Under the pieces are notes generated by a model. It saw only the letters and a list, made by a program, of their open reading frames with translations, was not told where the DNA came from and ran no database searches. The translations under genes were made by a program, and so were the position numbers. A stretch of 62,428 nt of DNA, counting the filler, from a bacterium (GTDB lineage: Bacteria; JALSQH01): NCBI GenBank assembly GCA_026985515.1. It is 7 parts of 7 records of this genome, joined end to end, with 100 filler letters (N's around TTAATTAATTAA, not from the genome) between each part and the next. Parts side by side here need not be neighbours in the genome. Positions count along the whole stretch, not along the records: positions 13,881 to 28,637 come from JALSQH010000207.1; positions 28,738 to 36,825 come from JALSQH010000208.1; 5 more parts are not named here. The stretch is one strand, 5' to 3'. Every line of letters begins with the position of its first letter. Positions within the stretch are counted from its first letter, which is position 1. This document shows, piece by piece, positions 20,921 to 30,241 of the stretch.

Positions 20921-21583
20921 TTGATAATTTTATTGTTCTTGATTGTGGGATCAACCTCAGGGAATTCAGCCACATTTGAGTTTTTAAATCAGGTAAGGGG
21001 TATTGATACAGGAAATGGTCTTGTTGGATGTGAAGCTGTTTATATAAGGGGAAAGGATCTGGTTGGAGGTTACAGTTTTGCAGATGCAGTTACCAATCCA
21101 TGGGGTAAAATTTCATCAGAAGGAAGTGTGGTTATACTTGGTAAAAATAGGATAGAAGGTGATATTTATCTCCCCAATCTTTCAGACTATTGGGATTTTG
21201 GCAGAAATAAAGTTGAAGGCGAGTTAAAGAGTGTAGATATAGTTTCCAGTTGCGATGCTATTGAGAAAGTTGAGGATTGGATTTATAAGGCGTCACTTGA
21301 TAATAATAACGATGAATGGAACTTTGGAGAGGATCTTTTTGGATATTTAGAATATGAAAAAGGTCATCACCATAAAAAGGGAAGGTTAAGGTGGGTTAAT
21401 GAGTATAGTATTTCTTCACCTCAGGAAGGGATTTTTTATTTTGATCATTTGAGGATGGGAGGAAAGGTAAATGTCAAGGTAGGTTCATTGTTAACATTGT
21501 TTGTTAAAGGGGATTTTGAGGTTCTGGGTAAGAGTAAGGTGAATTATGGAGGAGATCCGGCGAGTTTAATAGTTGTAGTTGGG

Positions 21584-21691
21584 GGTGATGTAAGGATATG
21601 TGGAAAAAGTAGTTTTTCAGGGACGATTATCAGCAAAGGGGATGTTAGGATATGTGGTAGGAGCCGGTTCAAAGGGAGTATTATAAGTAAG
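21584..21691 (+). repeat. 54-bp tandem coding duplication (GDVRICG..18-aa unit)
   Basis: GDVRICGKSSFSGTIISK / GDVRICGRSRFKGSIISK. Confidence 0.75.
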
Positions 21692-24216
21692 AGACTTTTC
21701 ATTGATGGCCATAATGAGGCATTGTGGGATGTGAATGAGGGGGTGAATTATTTCATTTATTACAATGAGTGGGGGACTGGAGAGACAATAAGGTATTATT
21801 TTGAGTCAGGGAAGTATATGGTGAAGGTTACAGAGGGGAGTTTAGCGAAGGTAGAAGGAAAGTTGTATGAATTGGGGATTACATATGATGTAGATGATGT
21901 GGGATATTTCCTATTTTTTAAATCTAATATGCCTTTAAGTGAACTTAAGCAGGAACTTTTACCAGTAGGAGCAAGTTTTGTAGGTCAGTTTTTTACTAAA
22001 AGTAATGATGATAGAGGATGGATTCCTAATCCGGTTTTGTTAGTAAGATATAAAGACGATGTTACCAAGCAGGAGGTTATAGATTTTAATAAGAGAATAG
22101 GGGTTAAGAGTGTTGAGGTTCTATCCTGGGACACCCTTATCTTTGCATTGACAGTAACTGCTGATAATGTGTATGAGTTAATGGAAAAAAGAAAAGAATA
22201 TGAAGAATCGGATCTTGTGGAGTGGGTGGATATAGATGAAGCAGGAATTGTAGAAGGAAAGTATCATGAGAAAGTTTTAAATAAGGAACTCGATGATAAT
22301 ACTTATTCAGAATATAATTATATGGGCTTAACTGGTTTCTTTACGAGAAATACTCCTGATGTTCTTGATTTTTTAGTGGGCTACAAAAATGAATCCATTG
22401 AATTCCCCATATATGGAGCCAATCGATACAATAGGCCTGTGAGAATTGGGGTAATTGGATATGGAGTTTATGATGCTCATGAGGATCTTAGACACTCTCT
22501 GTGCGGTTTTGGTAAGACATTTGTTGAAGGTGATAAAAATGGGTACATTCCTAATTATATTAGAAATCCCAGTGAAAACGACAATAACCAGCATGAAATC
22601 TGGATTACTGGTTTGATAGCTGCTGATTCATTCAATCATAAGGGCGTATGGGGTCTGACATTTGGTAGTAGCTGTGTCGTGCCAATTCAAGATGTTTATC
22701 GTAGAAAAACTCATTGGTGGGAAGAAGGTGAATATATAAATGTAAGTAAAGTTTCCTGGACGGTGAAAGGCATAAACTATGCTAAGGATGTAGTTGATAT
22801 TCTTAATATATCCTGGAAATATGAGGAGAGCAATGCATTGAGAGACGCAATATTGGATGCAGCCAAGAAGATTTTGATTGTTGCCAGTGCTGGTAATGAA
22901 GATAAGAATAGATGTAATTTCCCCGCCAACTTGGCTGGAAGAAGCAACGGCATATTGTGTGTTGGAGCTGTGTCTGGAGGAAATTAAATATCGTGATGGT
23001 GCGAGTAATTATGGCAAATACTTAAGTTTAGTTGCTCCTGATGGGATAGTAGTACCCACATATTTGGTAGACAATACAGGGAATGCAAGCATATATAAAT
23101 ATTTGATGTTTTGGGGAACCTCTTGTGCTGCTCCATATGTAGCTTCTGTTGCAGCAATTTTGAAATTTTTCGATCCTCAATTGACTCCAGAAATATTAAA
23201 AGAACTTTTAATAAAAACTGCTTCAAATGAGAAAATTAAGAATTATAGCAAATGGGAATATGGTGCAGGTGTTGTTGATATAGGAAAGGCATTCAAAGTA
23301 CTTTTGTTTCAAGAAGAAGACTATTCTTTATATCCTAATGTGATTCTAAGCTTCTCATCTTTTAATTTAAATTTTAACAAAGCAGGTTATGATTATTCCG
23401 AAATGGATGTTCCAAAAGGTAAAATTGGAATAAAGACAGGCTTCTTATCTAATTTCAGAAAGGAAAATTATGACTTAACTTTACCTGCAGAAGTGTATGT
23501 AATTTTAGGTAAAAATAGTACATCCTATAATTGGTTTAAATTTCATATCGGAAGTAATATGCCGAAAAGTGAGAGTGACATATTTTCTAAGGTGCATATG
23601 GTTTTACCAGTGGATGCTTCTGCACGATTTTTATTCCTTTACATAGCTAATTTGGGAGAGCCGGTAGGATTTGAAGATGAAGGGAGGATTGTTATTTTAG
23701 GGAGTTCCTTTTCAGATTCAATAGATACCCATTTTAAGGTTTTACCAAAAAATGCTAATACTCCTCCCAACCAGGGGTGTTCCATAGAATATAATTTTAG
23801 CGAGGCTCCTTTTGGAGAGAACATTATTGATGCTTTTAGAAAGGTGAGAGATTCTTATCTTGCTAAGGTTTCTTATGGATTAGAAGCGATAAACTTATAC
23901 TATGAATGGAGTTCTGAGTTTAATAATATATTAGATAATAATCCAGATTTGAAAGAAGAATTTCATGATATTATTTATGAGATTTTTGGTATTAATAACT
24001 TAACCGTGAAGAATGCGCAAACTCTTGCGAATGAACTCTGGAACTTACGATTGAGCGAGGAGGAGAGGATACGGATACAGAATTTTGTTAGAATGATAAT
24101 TCCTTTTTTATCGTCAAAGCCTCGTACTTTTGCCCTGGTGGCCGAAAAAGTTTTTTCGTTACCTGAAACCAATTCTTTATCTGTCGGTGAAATTATTGAA
24201 GAGATTTTGAGATATT

Positions 24217-26199
24217 ATGAAAAGAGGTAGAATGATGTCATCCAGACGATATTTAAGAAAATTACCAATAATTGCTTTAGTAATGTTAATACTGAGTAAG
24301 GTATCCTGTTGCCCCGATTTTTATAATACCCCTGGATTTTTCCTGTTTCATTATAATGAAGATTTTTATCCCCCGTTTTTCCCTGGTGAGGAAACCCAAG
24401 CAATTTTTTCTGTTGATTATTTTTATACCGTTGATTTTAATAGCAACGGCTGGTCTGACATTGAAGCCAATGAATTGCTTAAAGATAGACCAGATGTTTT
24501 TCAGAATGACCTTGGCTACTTTGAGAATTTGACTTCGGGAAGCATTTATGGTGGATCTGCAGGAGGTTATATCTACATGATAGGTAGAAGTTATTGTCGA
24601 AATAAAGATTATCCAGTCAATCAATGGAAGAATTTTGTTAAGATATTAGGTAATAGTGGTAATTATTTATGGTATCTAAAAGATAGTAAACTTTATATGT
24701 TGGATCTCTCCAAAAGAAAATCTATGTTTTTGTCAAAAGATGTTACGGGTCTGTTGATTAGAGGTAAGTTGAAAAATTTTTATGAGAAAGGTGGTAACTT
24801 ATACGTTGTAATTGTGGATTTCGCAACTTCAGAGGAATTTAAGAATTATTTCTATGAGAAATTGGAAAACTTAGAAAAACATCCCAATAAATTTTTTGTT
24901 AATCAGGATAAAGTCAAATTCGGTCTTAAGGTAATGACAAAGGAAGATATTGTATATAAGTGGCTGACTATGATGGTTGACAAGGGATATTATCCATCAG
25001 AACTTACTGAAAACGGACTTTGGGGGAGGAAACTTGAGTTATATTCTGTAAGTAATACTGGTATGGTTCTTCAATGGAAATATCTTGATAGACCGATGAG
25101 TTTCTTCAGGGATTTTAATATTATGCTTGCAAGTGAGGAAGATAATATGGGGGTGTCTGGCATAGAGGGAGAGCTAACTGATGAAGTTGAGTTGGTAATT
25201 TTGGGTAGCAGATATATCATTTTAGCAGCCAAGTTTTTAACTGGAGATGGTGCTAATTTTGTAAATTATTTTAAGTGGCTGAAGGTTAATGAAGAATGTA
25301 GGAAAATCTTTTCATTGTCATTTAGGTCATTTAAAAGTAAGATTCTTAAAAATAAAGTAAATGTAAAATGTTTTAATTCTGGTTACTATTGTAATGGATC
25401 ATTTTTACATAAGGAAAAACATTATTTTCATAATTGCATAAAATGGGATCGCAAAATAAAGGTGCCAGATTTTTCTTTTTACAAAAATGAATCTGATCTT
25501 ATAGGAATGGAACTTGAAACTAACTCAGATCGGTTGATGGGTGTATATTCCTTTTTTGGTGAAGGTAAAAATGCAATAAAGTTTTTCTCTTTAATATATC
25601 CTGATTGTTTCAGTGTATCTTCCTTAAAGTGGGAGAATCGAATGGTTTATGACAGCTCTTTTTATTCTCTGGATTCTTCTAAGAAAGTTATCAATCTCAT
25701 TCCCTTTTTCTCTGGCAACTCTATCTACTTCCAGTGTGAGCTTTCTTCATCCACAAATCTTGTTGGTGGTCTTTGCAGATATGATATGGACTCAAAGGAG
25801 CTCACCCACCTCCGTTCCGACATCCCTCCCGCAAATACGGTGGATTTTCCTCCCGAAGAAGACTGGGATGATAATAAGCTCTATGTTACGGGTGATGGAA
25901 GATATGCTTTAATTGTGCCCATTCATTTTACCAAGAAGTGTTTAACGAATGATCCAGAAAAGTGTATCTACTGCAACAGGGATATTTCTCCCAATGTGTG
26001 GGATTTTGGGAGTTTTAGTAAGATCTATGCCTACAGCTTAACAGACTCCACCCGACCCCCTGTGGAGATAGATGTAACGGGTTATGATGGTTATCTTGTT
26101 CCTTCCCCTGATCATATGCAGTTTGCCTTCAGCATGGGAGATAAGATTGGAATTCTTGATGGGAAAACTTTAGAGGTGAGGGTGCTGGAGGTCAGGTAA
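24217..26199 (+). CDS. Hypothetical exported protein, possible lipoprotein, with beta-propeller-like C-terminus
   Basis: 660-aa ORF; basic N-terminus + hydrophobic stretch + SCC; C-terminal GDGRY and PSPDHMQFAF propeller-like turns; true start may be 24232/24235. Confidence 0.7.
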   Translation: MKRGRMMSSRRYLRKLPIIALVMLILSKVSCCPDFYNTPGFFLFHYNEDFYPPFFPGEETQAIFSVDYFYTVDFNSNGWSDIEANELLKDRPDVFQNDLGYFENLTSGSIYGGSAGGYIYMIGRSYCRNKDYPVNQWKNFVKILGNSGNYLWYLKDSKLYMLDLSKRKSMFLSKDVTGLLIRGKLKNFYEKGGNLYVVIVDFATSEEFKNYFYEKLENLEKHPNKFFVNQDKVKFGLKVMTKEDIVYKWLTMMVDKGYYPSELTENGLWGRKLELYSVSNTGMVLQWKYLDRPMSFFRDFNIMLASEEDNMGVSGIEGELTDEVELVILGSRYIILAAKFLTGDGANFVNYFKWLKVNEECRKIFSLSFRSFKSKILKNKVNVKCFNSGYYCNGSFLHKEKHYFHNCIKWDRKIKVPDFSFYKNESDLIGMELETNSDRLMGVYSFFGEGKNAIKFFSLIYPDCFSVSSLKWENRMVYDSSFYSLDSSKKVINLIPFFSGNSIYFQCELSSSTNLVGGLCRYDMDSKELTHLRSDIPPANTVDFPPEEDWDDNKLYVTGDGRYALIVPIHFTKKCLTNDPEKCIYCNRDISPNVWDFGSFSKIYAYSLTDSTRPPVEIDVTGYDGYLVPSPDHMQFAFSMGDKIGILDGKTLEVRVLEVR

Positions 26200-26374
26200 A
26201 TCTTATTTTCTTACGCTTCTTTTGCTAACTGATAAATTTAACAGTGTTATGCCTTGAAAAATTTGCTCTCTGGCAATAAATAAGGAGATAGTAGTATTTA
26301 ATTTTCAAAAAGCTTTTCCTGCGTCGTTTTTTATAATTGAATTTTGTATTTTAAAAAGTCCATATGTCCTTCTC

Positions 26375-26478
26375 CCACAATATCTTGTCCCTTCTTCTTG
26401 ACATATACAATTTTTTGTGCTATAAAATATAAACACAAGATATGGTGTTGCTAAAATATAAACCACAATATTTAGAAG
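26375..26478 (+). promoter_or_regulatory. nrdD promoter with NrdR boxes
   Basis: TTGACA(26398)-N17-TATAAA(26421); 16-bp matches to acaCwAtATaTwGtgt at 26375, 26433, 26463 and a weaker one at 26405. Confidence 0.85.
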
Positions 26479-26487
26479 GAGGGGAAA

Positions 26488-28608
26488 ATGGGACATGTCA
26501 GGTACATCAGGAAAAGGGATGGCAAGGTGGTTGAATTCAAAATAACAAAAATTGCAGATGCTATTTTCAAGGCGGCCAGCGCCGTAGGGGGTAATGATTA
26601 CGGTGAATCAATTAGGATTGCAAGACTTGTAAAAGCGGCTGTGGATGCCATTTATGGAGATGAAAGAATTCCAACTGTTGAGGAAATTCAGGATCTCGTT
26701 GAGAAATTCCTCATTGAAGAGGGTCATGCAAAAACTGCCAAGGCTTACATTCTCTACAGGGAGCAGAGAAGCAGAGTAAGGGAATTTTCATCTCTCTTTG
26801 ATGAGGCACTTGATATGATAGATGATTATCTTGAACAGAGAGACTGGCGTGTCAATGAAAACAGTAACATGAGTTATTCGCTTCAGGGACTGAACAATTA
26901 TATTTCTTCCGCTATCACTGCCAGGTACTGGCTTAACAGAATCTACCCCGAGGAGGTGAGGGAGGCTCACAATAAGGGATTTTTTCACATTCATGATCTT
27001 GGTATCTTAAGTGTTTACTGTTGCGGATGGGATCTTGAAGATCTACTTCTCAGAGGACTTGGTGGTGTGGAGGGTAAAGTTGAGAGTGCTCCCCCGAAAC
27101 ATTTCCGAACTGCTCTGGGACAGATAGTCAACTTTTTTTATACACTTCAGGGGGAGGCTGCGGGAGCTCAGGCATTTTCAAATTTCGATACACTTCTTGC
27201 CCCATTCATCAGGTATGATGGTCTCACCTACAGAGAGGTGAAACAGGCAATGCAGGAATTTATTTTTAACCTGAATGTACCTACAAGGGTAGGTTTTCAG
27301 ACTCCCTTTACAAATCTTACCTTTGATATAATTCCGCCAAAATCTCTCAGGGATGAGCATGTTATCATTGGTGGTGAGAGAAAGAAGGAGACCTATGGAG
27401 AATTTCAGGATGAAATCTACATGATTAACGAAGCGTTTGCCGAAGTTATGCTTGAAGGGGATGCCAGGGGGAGGATTTTCACTTTTCCAATACCAACATA
27501 CAATATAACACCTGACTTCCCATGGGATGAACCGAGACTTAACAAGCTGTGGGAAATGACAGCCAAGTATGGAATTCCCTACTTCAGTAATTTTGTAAAT
27601 AGCGACATGGACCCGGATGATGCAAGAAGCATGTGTTGTCGTTTGAGGCTTGATAACAGAGAAATAAGAAAACAGGCCAGAAAGCTCTCAGCAAACATAT
27701 TCAATCCGGTAATGAACAAGACATTTTCAACCTCTGAGAGGAACTCGTCTGAACTTGAGCCACCGGATAAGAGAGGGGGTGGTCTTTTCGGTGCCAATCC
27801 CATGACTGGAAGTATCGGTGTGGTAACGATAAATCTTCCCAGACTGGCATATTTATCTAAAAGCAGGGAAGAATTTTTCAATCTCATAGAAAAATATATG
27901 GAAATTGCCAGAACGTCGCTGGAGATAAAGAGAAAGATTCTCGATCGCTTTACAGAAATGGGACTTTACCCATATTCGAAGGTTTACCTCAGATCTATAA
28001 AGGAGGCCTTTGGTTCATACTGGGCAAATCATTTTTCCACAATTGGTTTAATAGGGATGCATGAAGCTTCACTCAATCTGATAGGTAAGGGAATAGAAAC
28101 CGAAGAGGGTAGAGAACTGGCCATAGAAACCCTTAATTTTATGAGAAAGGTGCTTGATAGATTCAAGGAGGAGACGGGGCATCTCTATAACCTTGAAGCT
28201 ACCCCTGCCGAAGGGGCAAGTTACAGACTTGCAAGGAAAGACAAAGAAGAGTTTCCAGATATCATTACTTCAGGGGAAGCAGAGCCTTTTTACACCAATT
28301 CCACTCAGCTTCCTGTGGATTATACTGAGGACATTTTTGCGGCTCTTGAGCATCAGGATCAGTTACAGGTTATCTATACCGGTGGGACGGTTTTCCATGG
28401 TTTCCTCGGAGAGAGAGTTGAAAGTATAGAGGCCACGAAGCAACTTGTAAGGAAAATTGCAGAAAATTTTCATCTTCCTTACTACACAATAACCCCTACA
28501 TTCAGTATCTGTCCCGTACATGGTTACATTCCTGGAGAGTATGAGTTCTGTCCCTATCCTCATACAGAGGAAGAGCTTGAAAAGTATGGGATCATTATTG
28601 ACGAATAA
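26488..28608 (+). CDS. nrdD: Anaerobic (class III) ribonucleoside-triphosphate reductase, ATP-cone + catalytic domain; lacks glycyl-radical C-terminus
   Basis: ATP cone IRKRDG, DWRVNENSN, HIHDLG, YCCGW, SMCCRL, NLEATPAEG, YTGGTVFH, CPVHG...CP. Confidence 0.95.
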   Translation: MGHVRYIRKRDGKVVEFKITKIADAIFKAASAVGGNDYGESIRIARLVKAAVDAIYGDERIPTVEEIQDLVEKFLIEEGHAKTAKAYILYREQRSRVREFSSLFDEALDMIDDYLEQRDWRVNENSNMSYSLQGLNNYISSAITARYWLNRIYPEEVREAHNKGFFHIHDLGILSVYCCGWDLEDLLLRGLGGVEGKVESAPPKHFRTALGQIVNFFYTLQGEAAGAQAFSNFDTLLAPFIRYDGLTYREVKQAMQEFIFNLNVPTRVGFQTPFTNLTFDIIPPKSLRDEHVIIGGERKKETYGEFQDEIYMINEAFAEVMLEGDARGRIFTFPIPTYNITPDFPWDEPRLNKLWEMTAKYGIPYFSNFVNSDMDPDDARSMCCRLRLDNREIRKQARKLSANIFNPVMNKTFSTSERNSSELEPPDKRGGGLFGANPMTGSIGVVTINLPRLAYLSKSREEFFNLIEKYMEIARTSLEIKRKILDRFTEMGLYPYSKVYLRSIKEAFGSYWANHFSTIGLIGMHEASLNLIGKGIETEEGRELAIETLNFMRKVLDRFKEETGHLYNLEATPAEGASYRLARKDKEEFPDIITSGEAEPFYTNSTQLPVDYTEDIFAALEHQDQLQVIYTGGTVFHGFLGERVESIEATKQLVRKIAENFHLPYYTITPTFSICPVHGYIPGEYEFCPYPHTEEELEKYGIIIDE

Positions 28609-28625
28609 AAAAGGAGGTTTGTACC

Positions 28626-28637
28626 ATGAAAAAGAAG
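28626..28637 (+). CDS. Start of a gene (MKKK...) truncated by linker; candidate separate NrdD glycyl-radical peptide or NrdG
   Basis: AAGGAGG RBS at 28611-28617 followed by ATG, 17 nt after nrdD stop. Confidence 0.45.
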
Positions 28638-28737
28638 NNNNNNNNNNNNNNNNNNNNNNNNNNNNNNNNNNNNNNNNNNNNTTAATTAATTAANNNNNNN
28701 NNNNNNNNNNNNNNNNNNNNNNNNNNNNNNNNNNNNN
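28638..28737. other. Artificial contig linker
   Basis: 44 N + TTAATTAATTAA + 44 N. Confidence 0.98.
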
Positions 28738-28878
28738 AGGGATAATCCATGGTCTGAGGAGGGTTTTTACCCGAAAATAAAGGGGCATTTCCTTGATCCT
28801 CCTGAATGGCACTATTTACCATTTTACAGGGAGCTGCACCTTGAAAAAGTTGATCTTCTCCTTCCTCCTGATAAGTAA
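28738..28878 (+). CDS. 3' fragment of a possible YidD-like protein
   Basis: Open frame RDNPWSEEGFYPKIKGHFLDPP...*, resembling the RxNPW...DP tail of YidD-type proteins. Confidence 0.4.
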   Translation, partial: RDNPWSEEGFYPKIKGHFLDPPEWHYLPFYRELHLEKVDLLLPPDK

Positions 28879-29668
28879 CTATCTCTTTGCATGGGGTGAT
28901 AGGGGATTGATTGAAGAGACCTTTTTGAGGGGAGATTACTTTAACACGATTTCATTTTCGAAAGAATTGTTTTTCTATTCAAACTCTGCAACCGACAGAT
29001 GTTTTGCCTCAATGTTCATTTCTGAATCCTTTGCACGGTATGGGAACTATGGGAGGAGCTTCCGCTGGTTAAAGAGGGTGAGGAAGTTTTGTGAGAGTGA
29101 AAAATACACACTTTTTCTCGCTTACCTTTCTGCCGAGGCGAATGTGAATGGTTCTCTCAAGTTAATCAGGAGAAATTCAAGAAAATTGTATACATCTTCT
29201 GAGTGGTGTTATACAGGGATTGTCGTCCTTGCAAAAAATCTCAAGTTTAGAAAGGCAATAAAACTGAGCAATTTCTGTGCACGGGAGGGAATAATCTCAC
29301 ATAAGTTGCCTGAATTATTAGAGGAGAAGGTGAGGGTCTTGAAAGTAATGGACAGATTTTATTCACAGGTGTGGAAACTGGGAGTAATCCCGGGTGTTCC
29401 ACAGTTTCTTCTCGGGAGAGCTAAGGAAGGCATCGGAGAAGATTTTATTATAGCAGTTTCGATGGCAGGGTTAATTTATTCTTATTCTCACGGTGGTTTT
29501 TTCGAACTCTGGTTGTTTCCTCTGATAAACTATTATTTTGGTGGAATGATTCACTCATATAATCTTGCAAGAGAAAAAGAGAAACAAAATTACGAGATTT
29601 TTTCTCAATGGCTAAACGAAAATTTCTTGTATAAACCTGAAGTTTTCAGTAAGATTATTGAAAAATGA
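28841..29668 (+). CDS. Hypothetical TPR-like exported/membrane protein
   Basis: TTG start after AGGGAG, signal peptide MKKLIFSFLL, helical repeats, IPG.PQF.LG + TM segments. Confidence 0.6.
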   Translation: MKKLIFSFLLISNYLFAWGDRGLIEETFLRGDYFNTISFSKELFFYSNSATDRCFASMFISESFARYGNYGRSFRWLKRVRKFCESEKYTLFLAYLSAEANVNGSLKLIRRNSRKLYTSSEWCYTGIVVLAKNLKFRKAIKLSNFCAREGIISHKLPELLEEKVRVLKVMDRFYSQVWKLGVIPGVPQFLLGRAKEGIGEDFIIAVSMAGLIYSYSHGGFFELWLFPLINYYFGGMIHSYNLAREKEKQNYEIFSQWLNENFLYKPEVFSKIIEK

Positions 29669-30201
29669 AGAGCTTACTGAAATCCAGATTGATAAAAGCT
29701 ATAGTTTCACTTGAACTTAATTGGTTTAAGACATTGAAAACAGAGCAAACTTACTGCCAGGAAAATGAAGAATCTTTCAAGAGAATCAGGTCCGTCACTT
29801 TTCAAACCTGGTCATTAAAGACCCTTTTCCTCTACTGGAGGTATCTTGTCTCTCTGAAAAAGGAGGGAAGAAATCCAGTAGCAGAAAAGTACCTCATAAT
29901 GGATGGAAGACTTCCCGGATCTACCAGAAGGATAATAAAAGATATTGTGGAAATAGAATCTGGATGGATGGATGAAGTAAGAAGGGAGTATCCATCATTT
30001 TTTAAAGATGATCTCTCATCATTTAAAAGGTACCTATCCGCCGAATTGTCAACCTATTCAGATGAGGTTCTCGCCAGTTATATGGACGATTTGAATAATG
30101 CCCTGGAAAATGGCAGGAACCTTGTGAAGGAAAGATATGAATTTCTCGCAAGATCACTGAGTTTTTCTTCTCTCGCAGAAATGGCTGGTGCCAGAAAATA
30201 A
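29665..30201 (+). CDS. DUF4125 family protein
   Basis: CQENEESFKRIR, TWS, GRNPVAEKY, YLSAELSTYS, duplicated helical halves. Confidence 0.8.
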   Translation: MKSLLKSRLIKAIVSLELNWFKTLKTEQTYCQENEESFKRIRSVTFQTWSLKTLFLYWRYLVSLKKEGRNPVAEKYLIMDGRLPGSTRRIIKDIVEIESGWMDEVRREYPSFFKDDLSSFKRYLSAELSTYSDEVLASYMDDLNNALENGRNLVKERYEFLARSLSFSSLAEMAGARK

Positions 30202-30204
30202 TTC

Positions 30205-30232
30205 TTGACAAATTTAGTAAAATATTTAAAAT
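30205..30232 (+). promoter_or_regulatory. Sigma70 promoter, short or no leader
   Basis: TTGACA-N16-TAAAAT, 9 nt before ATG 30242, no SD. Confidence 0.6.
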
Positions 30233-30241
30233 AACTCTGGT

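Larger units (their letters stand above)
20865..24230 (+). pseudogene. Large secreted S8 (subtilisin-like) peptidase-domain protein with N-terminal beta-helix repeats and CFI-box-CTERM-like tail; two frameshifts
   Basis: GGGGAGGT RBS and ATG 20865 out of frame with ORF 20921..22987; second shift near 22984 into ORF ending 24230; S8 motifs H(EIWITGLIAA), LNISW, ASAGNE, VGAV, SNYG, GTSCAAPYVA, YGAGVVD. Confidence 0.8.

Noticed and set aside
26281-26320. TAAGGAG followed by TTTTCAAAAAGCTT, faintly like the MKNxKFQ leader
   Set aside because: No start codon or repeat tract; explained by AT-rich background
27673-27771. Intein or group I intron in nrdD
   Set aside because: Only 99 nt, in frame, no C/S...HN termini, too short for a ribozyme core
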